From Leptospiraceae bacterium (GTDB lineage Bacteria > Spirochaetota > Leptospiria > Leptospirales > Leptospiraceae), in contig JACKPC010000001.1 in NCBI GenBank assembly GCA_024233835.1, positions 1,669,442 to 1,733,441 of the forward strand: DNA of 64,000 bases, in the 5' to 3' direction. The translations under genes were made by a program, and so were the position numbers. Below the pieces are notes generated by a model. The model saw only the letters and a list, made by a program, of their open reading frames with translations, was not told the DNA's origin and made no database searches. Of the stretch, positions 39,875 through 50,109 are shown piece by piece; the stretch's first letter is position 1, and the number at the start of each line of letters is the position of its first letter.

Positions 39875-41725
39875 TCAAAAGCGGTAAGTTGTTTTTATCA
39901 GAAGCTTTATCATTATTTGAGAAGCTTCTAATAAACCCTTATATAAAAGAATACTTTTCTTTGCAATAGACAGTTTTTCGTCCAGTCTTTCTTTTAAGTC
40001 TAATTGTTCTTCATATCCTTCCGTGATAGTTAAAATTACCCTCTGCATTCCTGAGGCCAGGACTTCATTTAAACCTTTTTTGGAAGCTACTTCTTCATCG
40101 ATTTTTGAGATTTGAGATAGTTTATTTTTAAACTCAGGAGACTGTAAGTTCTTCTTCTCTACAAGTTTATATATCTCATGACTTAGTTGAAGTCCTTTTT
40201 CTAAAAGACCTTCAAAACTTTTCAATTTCTGTATAAGATTTCTTGTAGATACCTGTAAGGCTTCTAAATCTAAAAAAAATCCTTCTTCTTTTAGAGGAAG
40301 ATTGGCTATGAGTTCTCGGACTTTTCTTACTTCTTCTTTTCGGCTTTGCTTAATGAAATCTTTCAAACTACAATACGGAATTCCTTCCAGGTTAGCACCT
40401 TTATTTGAAATATTTAACCATATTTTATCTCTTCTATTATCTTCAAACCATTTTTTGAATATTAATAATTTTTCATTTGTTTTTAATATTTTTCCTGTAT
40501 AACTTTTTACTTCTTTGGAAGGAAGAGCAGTTAACTGTCTGTAGTTATGCAATTCTCTTCTGAAATAGCGGCTTTCTTTGTAATTTAAACGCTCTTCTAA
40601 AACAGCTCCTTTACAGTGTGCAAGTCCTTCTGTAAAGGCCAGATCCTGACCGGCAAGAAAAACAGGTCCCGATGAAATCATAGAAGCGAGGCTAATGGAA
40701 TTAGTAGAAACCGAGCCTCCGAATGGAACATCCCCCACATCGATTTTAAAGCAAGAGGTGAAAAATTGCAACAAGGGAAACGGAGAACTGGTTATATAGC
40801 CTCTATTTAGAGCGGGGAGCTGTAAACTATGATAGCTTGAAGTTGGATCAAAAATAATGCGGCCTTCGTTTTTATAAGATTGAAGGTATGCACTATTAAT
40901 AGCCTGAGGATCTACTGTATATATCAAATCAGGCTCTATCCCTTTTTGTTGTAGCACATGAAAGGCAGTGTCCACACAGATGAGAATAAACTCTTCACGA
41001 AATTCACGAATTTCCTCAAGACTGTCGAATAAACCCGGACCCGCCCCGCAGACCAGAACGGGTAAATCATTAGCAGAATCAAAGAGTCGAGAGATGGGAA
41101 CAAAGTTTCTTAGCCGTTCTACATTTTGTAGCATGTTGCGAGTCCAGGATTTTTCAAAGCGAGAAAGAGTAGCTATATTTACATCTTTCTTGTGAAAAAA
41201 ACGTTCACAACGAAGTTTTATATCCATATATTCTTCTTGCTTCCATTGAAAACTTTGCCTGTGCGGGATAAAGCTCGTAGAAAAATTAGCAGTTCCGCGA
41301 AATGTATCAAAAAATTCCTCTTCGGAAAAGGGGGAGGTTAATATATAAAGTTTTTTATCTGTTAGATATTTAGAATAATCATATATAGAAAGCGCTTCCT
41401 TTAAAATGAATGGGAAGGGTTCTATCCAGACTAACTTTCCTTTTTTTCTTTGTAAAACTTCCTGTACTGCATAACCCAGACCTGCTCCTAAAAATATGTA
41501 TAATCTTTCTGAATCATCTTCCTGTAGACTATCAATATAGCGGGAGGATTCTTTTATCGGGTCATGTCTTGAATGTAAAAAAGTATCTTCAACCTTTATT
41601 GTAAAGGCTTTTACTTTTGTCTCAAAAACTTCAAAAGAGAAAATAGTTTTTGAGTTTGCAATTTTTTCACGAATTGTTCCTGATAGGGCAGAGAGATTTT
41701 CTTTCAGATACATTGCTTTTTCCAA
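39875..41725 (-). CDS. Motility-accessory-factor (Maf)/DUF115 (MptE-like) family protein, a putative glycosyltransferase
   Basis: 616 aa. The central PF01973-like core is VLVCGAGPGLFDS...ILICVDTAFHVLQQKGIEPDLIYTVDPQ (GxGxS...CN...PDY pattern). Confidence 0.5.
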   Translation of the reverse strand: MEKAMYLKENLSALSGTIREKIANSKTIFSFEVFETKVKAFTIKVEDTFLHSRHDPIKESSRYIDSLQEDDSERLYIFLGAGLGYAVQEVLQRKKGKLVWIEPFPFILKEALSIYDYSKYLTDKKLYILTSPFSEEEFFDTFRGTANFSTSFIPHRQSFQWKQEEYMDIKLRCERFFHKKDVNIATLSRFEKSWTRNMLQNVERLRNFVPISRLFDSANDLPVLVCGAGPGLFDSLEEIREFREEFILICVDTAFHVLQQKGIEPDLIYTVDPQAINSAYLQSYKNEGRIIFDPTSSYHSLQLPALNRGYITSSPFPLLQFFTSCFKIDVGDVPFGGSVSTNSISLASMISSGPVFLAGQDLAFTEGLAHCKGAVLEERLNYKESRYFRRELHNYRQLTALPSKEVKSYTGKILKTNEKLLIFKKWFEDNRRDKIWLNISNKGANLEGIPYCSLKDFIKQSRKEEVRKVRELIANLPLKEEGFFLDLEALQVSTRNLIQKLKSFEGLLEKGLQLSHEIYKLVEKKNLQSPEFKNKLSQISKIDEEVASKKGLNEVLASGMQRVILTITEGYEEQLDLKERLDEKLSIAKKSILLYKGLLEASQIMIKLLIKTTYRF

Positions 41726-41728
41726 GTT

Positions 41729-43642
41729 TTATTCCTTCACCTGCATTTTAGTTCTCAAATAATATCTTTTTCTTTTTGCAAGACGCATGATTTTTTTTCC
41801 CATAGATTTTCTGAATCTATGGATTTTATTTTTATAAATTTCTTCTTCTGTCTTTAGGGATTTGATTATCTTCTTGAATAGTTCTGGTTTATATAAATAT
41901 TTTTTTAAATATCCTAAAGGTAAAAATACTGCTTCTTTTTTATTTCCTTCGCTTACCATCCATCCGTATGAATGTATCTTCCCATTTAAAGTATCGTAGA
42001 GTCCACCGGGGCTTACTAAAAGCCAGGAAGGGCTTGCAAAGGGAAACAGGGCAAATAATTCCCGACCATCCTGTATGCGATACCAGCGTAGAGAACCATC
42101 CTGAAAACTGAGTACGGCTAATTTCTCATTTCCGGAAATATTAATCGCAGAAGGGATAGAAGGTAAACTTGTTACCCATATAGGTTTTGCATTTGTGTCG
42201 AATTTTCTTAAATATACATCCGTACCCAGTAAAAAAAAAGTATCCAATCGGGAAATAGCCAGGACTTTCGAGACTTCCTTGGCCGACTCCAGGATCTCTC
42301 TATCATAAAAAATAGGATCACGACTATTCTTCCAATTACGAATATATAAGTCTTCGGATTCCACTTTGTTGAGATACAGGTCTGAAACTTCCGGAGGTTT
42401 TAAAAGAAGTTTCCTATCTAAAAGAGAAAAAGCAGCCATATGTTTTCTCTCTATTCCAAAATCAAATACAATTCGGGAAGCATCATAAGAAAGTAGGATT
42501 CTTTCTTCTTTTCCGGTAAAAGTTTTTTCAGTTCTCTGTGTTTTGGAAAATTGTATTCCGTTTTTGTAAAATAATTTGAATTCGGCTTTTTCATCGTATA
42601 TAAGAAGATTATCCTTTTCTGAAGATGCTATGTTCAGGGGTTTTGATGGAAACTTGTAAATTACTTTATGATAAGCATTTGGTGTTGGATAATAAAATAA
42701 CTCATATCCGAAATCTAAATTTTTATAGATAAGGTAGAATCCTCCAGAACTAAGTTTTACCGGAAACAAAACAGGTGTATAAGATGCACTCGGGGAAATA
42801 AATTTTCCGGAATGAATCGTATTCCAGGATAATAAATTGTTTTTGGGGATATACTCATAGCTAAATTGCTTATCATTCTCACAATGACTGAAAAGATACT
42901 CTGCTTTATTTGAAAAAGAATACCGACAATTTTTGCTTACTTCTTTTCGAGCAAATTTGATTCTAAAGTCCGGGCTATAGACCTTGTAAGAAGCATCTTC
43001 GGATAAAACATAATAATTACCATCATGACCTTTTTTAATTTCTTTTATGCCTGTGGTATAATTTTTATCCGCCATATAAACCTTATTTTCTTTGAGTGAA
43101 AAAACTCGAATGCCATATCCTCCTCCGAGTCCAACAAGGATAAAATTACCATCAAAAGAATAATTTACAGCTTTGATAGGAGCAGGTAGGTCTGAAAATT
43201 GGAATAGTAATTCTGCATTTTGAATAGAAAAAATGTAAAGGCTGAAAGAACCCTGCCAGCTATAACCGGTCCAACCTCCTATAGCTAATTTTCTTTTATC
43301 CGGAGAAAGGGCTACTGCATAGATCTTACCTTCTTTTTTTTCTGCACTGCGAGGGATATAATACTTTTGGTAGGGAAGAGTATTTTTTGTGTGATATATA
43401 ATAAAATTCTTACATTCGCCACAGGCCCAAAACAAAGAGGAAGACTCATCAAAACCAATAAAAGACTTATGAATTTCTCCTGTTTCTTCCTGCGTACTTA
43501 GCGTGATTGTATTTCCTTTTTCTAATGAAAAATTAATTCCTTCGGGTTTCGGAAAGAAATCAACTTCCGGTAGAGATGCACAGGAAATAAATAGGTCCAG
43601 GCAAAGTAAAGGAAGTAAAAATATTTTTTTATATTCAAACAA
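41729..43642 (-). CDS. Large lipoprotein, beta-propeller-like repeats
   Basis: 637 aa with a lipobox (LFISCAS). Beta-rich repeats. Immediately upstream of the Maf-like gene and in the same orientation. Confidence 0.4.
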   Translation of the reverse strand: MFEYKKIFLLPLLCLDLFISCASLPEVDFFPKPEGINFSLEKGNTITLSTQEETGEIHKSFIGFDESSSLFWACGECKNFIIYHTKNTLPYQKYYIPRSAEKKEGKIYAVALSPDKRKLAIGGWTGYSWQGSFSLYIFSIQNAELLFQFSDLPAPIKAVNYSFDGNFILVGLGGGYGIRVFSLKENKVYMADKNYTTGIKEIKKGHDGNYYVLSEDASYKVYSPDFRIKFARKEVSKNCRYSFSNKAEYLFSHCENDKQFSYEYIPKNNLLSWNTIHSGKFISPSASYTPVLFPVKLSSGGFYLIYKNLDFGYELFYYPTPNAYHKVIYKFPSKPLNIASSEKDNLLIYDEKAEFKLFYKNGIQFSKTQRTEKTFTGKEERILLSYDASRIVFDFGIERKHMAAFSLLDRKLLLKPPEVSDLYLNKVESEDLYIRNWKNSRDPIFYDREILESAKEVSKVLAISRLDTFFLLGTDVYLRKFDTNAKPIWVTSLPSIPSAINISGNEKLAVLSFQDGSLRWYRIQDGRELFALFPFASPSWLLVSPGGLYDTLNGKIHSYGWMVSEGNKKEAVFLPLGYLKKYLYKPELFKKIIKSLKTEEEIYKNKIHRFRKSMGKKIMRLAKRKRYYLRTKMQVKE

Positions 43643-44192
43643 GTAACATCTTCTTTTGTAAGTTCTCTTTCACTTCTTTTCCTCTTAATGCCTCTACCAG
43701 TTCCAGGGCAAATTCCAGGGCAGTTGCCGGTCCTCTGGATGTGAAAATATTTCCATCACGAACAACTCTTTCTGCTTTTATAGAGATGGAAGTATTCTCT
43801 GTAGATTCAAGCTGGCCCGGATAAGAAGTTGCATTCCTTCCTTCCAAAATTCCGGCTTTTTCCAGGATTATTGGAGCTGCACAGATAGCAGCAGTGATTT
43901 TCCCCTTATGAAACATTTTTCTTGTCAGCTCTATGATTCTTTCATCATCCCGCAGGTGATGGGCTCCGGGTAAGCCGCCCGGAAAAACAATCATACTAAA
44001 TTCATCCTCAGGACAGGATAAATCGGAGAAAAGTACATCGGTATAAAAACAGATTCCATGAGAACCACAAACTGTTTGTGAATTCACTCCTGCGGTAACT
44101 ACTTCAATATCAGCTCTTCTTAAAACGTCAATAATGCTTACCGCTTCGATCTCTTCAAAACCCTCAGCCAAGGGTACCAGGACTTCTGACAT
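43635..44192 (-). CDS. DJ-1/PfpI-family protein
   Basis: 185 aa with the nucleophile elbow AAICAAP and overall ThiJ/DJ-1 organisation. Confidence 0.8.
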   Translation of the reverse strand: MSEVLVPLAEGFEEIEAVSIIDVLRRADIEVVTAGVNSQTVCGSHGICFYTDVLFSDLSCPEDEFSMIVFPGGLPGAHHLRDDERIIELTRKMFHKGKITAAICAAPIILEKAGILEGRNATSYPGQLESTENTSISIKAERVVRDGNIFTSRGPATALEFALELVEALRGKEVKENLQKKMLLV

Positions 44193-44347
44193 ATAAACCC
44201 CTCTTCTTTATTCAGGATCATTATCAAAGAATCATGCAGAGCTGGCAAGAAAATCTTGTTTTATTTTTTTTTAGAAAGATCTTCTTTTTTTTCTTGAATT
44301 CTTATTTCTAAATTCACTATAAAAAAAGTCATACTGAATAAATAACT

Positions 44348-45298
44348 ATGTTGAACTCCAGGTTAAACTTTTCCAGAATTACTGTTGAGCTTATTTCTAT
44401 GTATGAATGCAGGCTTCCCGAATTTACAGGCTCTCTTCTCAGGGGTTCTTTCGGTCATGCCCTTAAGAAAGTCTTTTGTGAACAGTATTCGGATAAGTGT
44501 TCTGAGTGCAGTTCCTCTTCGGATTGTGGTTACTTTCAGATTTTTGAGAGTCAGGATGACAATTTTCGAAAGATGGGCTATCATTATAAACCGCATCCCT
44601 ATATCATTACACCCTGCCATAAGAGCTATTATAAGGTGGGTGATAAGCTGCAATTCAAAATGACTTTTTTTGGAGATTTCATTCGTTTCTTTCCCTACCT
44701 TTCCAAAACTTTTGAGGAGATGGGAAAAGTAGGTTTTGGAAAAGATAGAAATACTTTTTCTTTAAGCTCTATTCGAGATGATATAAGTGGAAAAGAGCTT
44801 TATTCAGAAAAAGATAAGATGGCTGAGATTAAAACCCTTTCCATACAGGAATATGCCCGAAAAGAGTTTGATAGGATTTTTAGAGGCTCAAATACAGGAA
44901 CCGGAGATTTTGACATGGTTTTTTTAACACCCGGACGTTTTGCTGAGAATGGAAAAGTGTTAAAAAGTATAAACGGAAAGCTCCTGTTTGATAGTATCAA
45001 TAGGCGATATTCTACCATGCACTCTTTTTATGGAGAATTTGATAGAAAAGATATCTCCGGTGAGGAAGAGGTTCAGATAACTGTGAATGATTGTTCCTAT
45101 AAAAAATGGAACCGGTATTCTAACCGACAGGAAAGAAAAGTTCAACAAAGTGGTATTCTGGGTACTTACACCCTGAAAAATATCAGTCCTCGCACTTTCC
45201 AAATATTAAAAGCAATGGAGATTCTGCATATTGGAAAGAATACAAGTTTCGGTCTTGGAAAAATTGAAATTCGAATGGATGACTGTAAGAATTCCTAA
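44348..45298 (+). CDS. Cas6-like RAMP-superfamily protein (orphan; no CRISPR array in the window)
   Basis: 316 aa. N-terminus ITVELIS...RLPEFTGSLLRGSFGHAL. A C-terminal glycine-rich loop HIGKNTSFGLGKIEI matches the GxGxxxxxGxG RAMP loop. Also a Cys cluster CEQYSDKCSECSSSSDC. Confidence 0.4.
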   Translation: MLNSRLNFSRITVELISMYECRLPEFTGSLLRGSFGHALKKVFCEQYSDKCSECSSSSDCGYFQIFESQDDNFRKMGYHYKPHPYIITPCHKSYYKVGDKLQFKMTFFGDFIRFFPYLSKTFEEMGKVGFGKDRNTFSLSSIRDDISGKELYSEKDKMAEIKTLSIQEYARKEFDRIFRGSNTGTGDFDMVFLTPGRFAENGKVLKSINGKLLFDSINRRYSTMHSFYGEFDRKDISGEEEVQITVNDCSYKKWNRYSNRQERKVQQSGILGTYTLKNISPRTFQILKAMEILHIGKNTSFGLGKIEIRMDDCKNS

Positions 45299-47190
45299 TT
45301 AGCCACCAGGTTTTTAAATTCTTCTTCTTCTCGAATACTTATAAAATCTTCATCTTCTTTGGCTTTCTCCCTTAATTCAGGATGAAAGCTGAGAGCTCTT
45401 TGTAAATGCCTGAGAGAATTTTCTTTCGCTCCACTTAGGCAGTAGTAGCAGGCAAGGTTGTATTCGGTTTGTACTAAAGAGGGAATATCCTGTTCCTTAC
45501 CCTCTGAAAGCAAGGATAAGGCTCTTTCTGAGCATTCAATGGCTCTTTCCAGATCTTTTACAGCCTTATAACCCGTTGCCAGATTTGCCCAGCCCTGGGC
45601 ATAAGTAGGTTTTAACTCTACGGATTTTTTATAGGCCCGCAGGGCTTCCTCATATTTTTTCTCTCTTTTGAAGAGGTTTCCGTAATTTGCCCAGCTCTGG
45701 TGTTGTTCCGGATTGATTTTTAAAGAAGTTAAAAAGGCATCTAAAGCTTTCTCTATTTCTTCCAGTTCTGTATAACAAATACCCAGATTATTCCAGGCTC
45801 CTGCATTTTTAGGATTTATATAAATAGCATTACGATAGGAATCAACAGCTTCCCGGTAACGTTTTTCTCTACGAAAGTTATCTCCGATTCGATACCATTC
45901 TAACTCGCTATAAGGTGGGTTTAATTTGGCTCTCCGGCAATAGGTACGGATGGTTTCTGTTTTTTCTCCTATAGGAGGTCTGGCTATACGCAGACTGGTT
46001 TCTACTTTTTCGGCATTTCTTTTACCTTTCAGGCAGTATTCTTCTATTACTTCCAGGGGATATTGTTCAAAATCTACTATTTCTATTTTCTTAATCAGGG
46101 ACTTTAATATAGGATGAATATCCAGATTCTGGTGTTTAACCTTATAGAGTAAAACCAGAAGGGCATTTTTTCCGATTACCCAGAGAGGTTCCATTTCCAG
46201 CATTTTTAAAAAAGAATCCCAATCTCTATCATTTAGGTAGTAGTGAGCGAGAGTCCTGCTTGCATACTTGCGAATTTCGTAGTCTTTATCTAATAAACAG
46301 GTATTTAATATACCTATTAACTCTTTATAAAGAATATGTTTCTTTTCAAATATTCTTTCGAGATAAGCGAGGGTTCCACTTCTTACGATGTGGGGAGATT
46401 TTAAAAGGAAGTCCTCCAGCTTTTTGGTTTCTTTAGATAAAAGATAATGACCGGTTAAGGACTCAGCAACTGACCAGGAAACAGCTTCTTGATTTTGGAG
46501 TAAATCTTCCAGACGATTTACCAGCTCGGAAGGAAGCAAAACACGATTTGAATAGTAGGAAAGTGTTTCACAGACCCTGCGAATTAGTTCCTCTTCGTTT
46601 GATTCCAGTATTTTTATCATATACTGGAAGAGAAGTTCGATAAATTCTTCTTTTAGTCGAATGCTGCGCAGAGCCCAGAGAGATCCTTTTAGAACATGTA
46701 AATTTTCATTGGATAGAAGCTTTCGAGCGACAAACTCAAAATTCCCAATATCACATTGATAGGCAGTTACGAGATTTGCAGCTTCATAGGCCACATCCGG
46801 ATTGCTATCCCCCAGTAACCATATAATTTCCGGAATAGCATCCAGAATATCATAGCCCCGACGGAAAAGGTTTGTGAAGGTATAGATCGAATAGAGTCTT
46901 ACATATTCATATGGATCGGAAAGAGACTTGGTTAACCAGGGAATGAATATATGAATATCGGTAGTGCTGACAATCAAGGATAGGGAACGAACCAGACATT
47001 TTCGGACCACTTCATCGGTATGAAAGAGCAGGTTTTGCATTTCTTTAAAAAGCGGTTTTAAATCATAGCTGGCTTCTGCATAGGTTTCAATTCTATGAGC
47101 CGCATCTAAGATTTGCTTCTTATCCGAAGAATAAAGCTCTTTTCTGATTCTCCTCAGTTCTTCTGTTGATATTTCTTTGAGAATATCCAT
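45295..47190 (-). CDS. HEAT-repeat (N-terminal) and TPR-repeat (C-terminal) protein
   Basis: 631 aa. The C-terminus has three or four TPR units (AWNNLGICYTELEEIEKALDAF...SWANYGNL...GWANLATGY). The N-terminus has HEAT/PBS-lyase-like repeats. Confidence 0.6.
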   Translation of the reverse strand: MDILKEISTEELRRIRKELYSSDKKQILDAAHRIETYAEASYDLKPLFKEMQNLLFHTDEVVRKCLVRSLSLIVSTTDIHIFIPWLTKSLSDPYEYVRLYSIYTFTNLFRRGYDILDAIPEIIWLLGDSNPDVAYEAANLVTAYQCDIGNFEFVARKLLSNENLHVLKGSLWALRSIRLKEEFIELLFQYMIKILESNEEELIRRVCETLSYYSNRVLLPSELVNRLEDLLQNQEAVSWSVAESLTGHYLLSKETKKLEDFLLKSPHIVRSGTLAYLERIFEKKHILYKELIGILNTCLLDKDYEIRKYASRTLAHYYLNDRDWDSFLKMLEMEPLWVIGKNALLVLLYKVKHQNLDIHPILKSLIKKIEIVDFEQYPLEVIEEYCLKGKRNAEKVETSLRIARPPIGEKTETIRTYCRRAKLNPPYSELEWYRIGDNFRREKRYREAVDSYRNAIYINPKNAGAWNNLGICYTELEEIEKALDAFLTSLKINPEQHQSWANYGNLFKREKKYEEALRAYKKSVELKPTYAQGWANLATGYKAVKDLERAIECSERALSLLSEGKEQDIPSLVQTEYNLACYYCLSGAKENSLRHLQRALSFHPELREKAKEDEDFISIREEEEFKNLVAN

Positions 47191-47269
47191 CCGTTAGTAC
47201 AGCCCTCCAGCAAACGCTAAGTCTCATTTACCAGATAAGGAAGATAATGAAAGAAAAAAAGTTTTAATT

Positions 47270-48265
47270 TTATTTTTTAGCTCTTAAAAACAATAAAATT
47301 TTTTCTTTCAGGGCCTTTTCTCCATTATCCATTAAAACCATGTGACCTGAGTTTTGAATGGGGTAAATATCAACTCGATTTCCGGAGACTTCCAGCCTTT
47401 TGCCTAAATTCTCAAAACCCTGGGAGGAAAAGAAAAGATCGGAATTTCCATAGGCTAAAAAAATTCGATAATCTTTGACCCTCGGAACTAACTCTTCTTC
47501 CATCCATATAGCAGCTTTTTCTACCCGGTATCCATAACGAGAACTGTCTTCGAAGTTCGCATCGAGTTTCGAGGCTGCTTTCCTATTTTTTTGGGGATTT
47601 ACAATATCCCAGATAGATTCTCTACTGGGTGCTTTACCGGCTTCTGTAAATAAAAGCAGGTATTGTAACCAGGAAGTCTGTTTAGAAAACCAGTATACAA
47701 GTTTTCCGGCGGCTTTAAACTCCATACCCGTGTTGAGAGGAGAAAGCAGGATAATTCCATCCGGTCTTCGTTTTGCTGTGACTGCAATCGAGAGTGCGGG
47801 TAAGGTACCAAATGAGTGAGCTACAAGAAGAATTTCATGTTCCTCGGATTTTGCAGAAGCATAGGCCTCATATACCTGATTTGCCAGTCTCAGGTCTTCC
47901 TGAAACCTCCAGTCTCGATTACGCAATTCAAAAGGAGAACTCTGTAATCCGTATACCGGAACAATAATATTGGTTCCGGTTTGATATAATTCTTCAAACC
48001 AATCTCTATAAAAACCGGCAGGTGCCTGTGCACGGAATCCTTCCATGAAAAAGATAGTCCGTTTATTTTCCGGATTCACTAAAAAGAGCGGTTCTCCTCC
48101 TTTTTGATTATATTGAAAGATGGAGGAATAGGAACGATTTTTTTCAAAATTCTCGGCTTTTTCTTTCATGGAATAATATTGATACGCTAAAGAAGCATGG
48201 TAGATGGCATATAGAAACAAAAAGAAAAAAAAGAAAGACCGGAGTTTTTTTATAATATTCTTCAT
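47270..48265 (-). CDS. Secreted alpha/beta hydrolase
   Basis: Signal/TM segment, and LLVAHSFGT nucleophile elbow. Confidence 0.55.
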   Translation of the reverse strand: MKNIIKKLRSFFFFFLFLYAIYHASLAYQYYSMKEKAENFEKNRSYSSIFQYNQKGGEPLFLVNPENKRTIFFMEGFRAQAPAGFYRDWFEELYQTGTNIIVPVYGLQSSPFELRNRDWRFQEDLRLANQVYEAYASAKSEEHEILLVAHSFGTLPALSIAVTAKRRPDGIILLSPLNTGMEFKAAGKLVYWFSKQTSWLQYLLLFTEAGKAPSRESIWDIVNPQKNRKAASKLDANFEDSSRYGYRVEKAAIWMEEELVPRVKDYRIFLAYGNSDLFFSSQGFENLGKRLEVSGNRVDIYPIQNSGHMVLMDNGEKALKEKILLFLRAKK

Positions 48266-48277
48266 TAGAAATTCCTT

Positions 48278-48907
48278 TTAACCTGATTGAGCGATTACTA
48301 CTGCTGTTCTTAATAGAAGTAAACCGCCAAATTTTCGTTTTTCATCTCTCAAGGAAAACTTCAATTCCTTGTCTTTTAAAAAATGGTTTAAATCGGCTTC
48401 ATAGGCCTTTTCATCTATAGTCTGGGTCCACAGCCTGTAATGGTGTTCAAGAAGATGGATCTTTTTGGGAGAACTCGATTCTGATGCAGGTTTCGTGAAG
48501 ATAAAAAAATAGCATTCCCTTGGAAAGATAAAGAAAAAGCGGGCCGGATATTTAAAGCCAAATACCAGATCATAACCCATAGCAGCGGGTTCATTTAAGG
48601 TTCTGCTTAACCTTTGCATATCTATTGTAGAGGTGAAAAAACGGGTTTTATAATCCAGAAGTAGAACATCCTTATTTTTTTCCGGGATTTCAGGATTCTT
48701 TTCGAATAGAATGCCGAAAGCTAATTTCTGAAAAAAAACAAATACCTTTTTTGGTTCGAGAGAAAATTCCCTTTTCACAAAACGAAAACCATTTTTCCAA
48801 TGAGTCTGAAATAGGGCTTCTAATTCGGAACGGTCAAACGTTCCGCTTAAAAACCGAAGGGGAAATAGTTGAAATTTATACTCTTTCAATATATAAAATC
48901 CTTTCAT
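48278..48907 (-). CDS. Hypothetical protein
   Basis: 209 aa with no recognisable motif. Confidence 0.3.
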   Translation of the reverse strand: MKGFYILKEYKFQLFPLRFLSGTFDRSELEALFQTHWKNGFRFVKREFSLEPKKVFVFFQKLAFGILFEKNPEIPEKNKDVLLLDYKTRFFTSTIDMQRLSRTLNEPAAMGYDLVFGFKYPARFFFIFPRECYFFIFTKPASESSSPKKIHLLEHHYRLWTQTIDEKAYEADLNHFLKDKELKFSLRDEKRKFGGLLLLRTAVVIAQSG

Positions 48908-49084
48908 TTCATAAATTAAGTTGTAAGGTGAGAAAAGTCAAGTGTCCTTTAAAAAAAATTGAACCTCTTTTCCGCTAGTGCAAGCGAAGTGAATTTAAAA
49001 TATGATTTATACCAATAATAAAGATATCAGGGGAAGGCTAAAGCTTATTAGATAATTCTAATAATATAGAAAAATTCTTCTTAG

Positions 49085-49104
49085 CCCCATGCTTCAGCAT
49101 GGGG
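49085..49104 (-). terminator. Perfect 8 bp hairpin CCCCATGC-ttca-GCATGGGG containing the stop codon of the 49094..49714 gene
   Basis: Seen directly in the sequence. The downstream (minus-strand) context is TAAGAAGAATTTTTC, a weak U-tract. Confidence 0.3.
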
Positions 49105-49714
49105 GAAAAGAGGATTTGAAAAATGAGTCATTCTGAGTTTTTATAGCAGTAAAAACTTCGTCAATTGCCAGGTGTACTTCTTCTTTTATGTCTTCAGCAG
49201 AAAGATTTTCATTCAGGTTTTGCAATAGGGGAATAAACTGTTCCAATTCCGAAGCTTGCATTTTGGCAATGACTTCCTGTATTACCCAGTACTTCCAGAC
49301 AGCATCATTCGTGAGGAAAATTTTCTTAACTGTATCCAGGCTCTTTCGTCCCAGGGAAATCAAAAACGGTGTAAGTTCTCTGGCAATCGGCCAATTAAAA
49401 TCCTGAATGCAGGCAAAAATATCCAATAAAACAGGTGAAATAGCAGGATAACCGAGATTTATCAGTAACCTTGCGTTGTCAGTGTCATGTTTGTCTTCAG
49501 GAATAAGGTCTTGCAGGTCTTTCTCGGAGCTAATGAGGGGTTTATAAGGTTCCCAATTAAGATACTCATTACGTTTGAGACAGGCTATCTCCCAGGATTT
49601 GGCAGTAACTCGCCATATCTCTTTTGCATCGACCGGGATGCTTAAGCTGTTTGTAGTTGAAATAAACAGCAATGAGTTATCTTCTGAGGATTCATAAAGT
49701 ATATAAGTATTCAT
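49094..49714 (-). CDS. Hypothetical all-alpha protein
   Basis: 206 aa with no recognisable motif. Confidence 0.3.
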   Translation of the reverse strand: MNTYILYESSEDNSLLFISTTNSLSIPVDAKEIWRVTAKSWEIACLKRNEYLNWEPYKPLISSEKDLQDLIPEDKHDTDNARLLINLGYPAISPVLLDIFACIQDFNWPIARELTPFLISLGRKSLDTVKKIFLTNDAVWKYWVIQEVIAKMQASELEQFIPLLQNLNENLSAEDIKEEVHLAIDEVFTAIKTQNDSFFKSSFPPC

Positions 49715-49968
49715 AGATGCCGACTATATTCACTTTTTTCTTTGTAGATTCAAAATAAGACTCCTATTATTATAGGAATATACTACTGGAGAAAATATAA
49801 TCTAAATTAGAGAAAAAAAGCAAAACTTTTTTTCATTTACTTCGTCAAAATATACATAGAAGCAAAGGATTGCTTTTCACCCTGTTCAATTTCACGGAGG
49901 AAGTTATGAACACCCACATTATCATCGGAGGCAGCACCAGCTACTAACTACTATTTAAGGAGTTAGTA

Positions 49969-50109
49969 ATGGACAAAACTGTTTCTTTTTTTGATTCCGT
50001 TTACCTGGTCTCTATAAGTTTATACTCATTTATTCAGCGCAAGGCTGATAGCATCTCTATTTTAGTAGATGTCTGGGAATGCCTTTATCAGAAGGGAGTT
50101 CTACAATGA
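49969..50109 (+). CDS. Small ORF (46 aa) with a strong RBS, translationally coupled (ATGA overlap) to the next small gene
   Basis: AAGGAG 7 nt before the ATG. Its stop overlaps the start of 50106..50303. Hydrophobic N-terminal half. Confidence 0.25.
   Translation: MDKTVSFFDSVYLVSISLYSFIQRKADSISILVDVWECLYQKGVLQ

Noticed and set aside
45295-47190. HEAT/TPR protein as a functional partner of the Cas6-like gene
   Set aside because: The two genes are convergent (tail-to-tail with a 4 nt overlap), so they are not co-transcribed. Repeat-protein adjacency alone is not evidence of a shared system.
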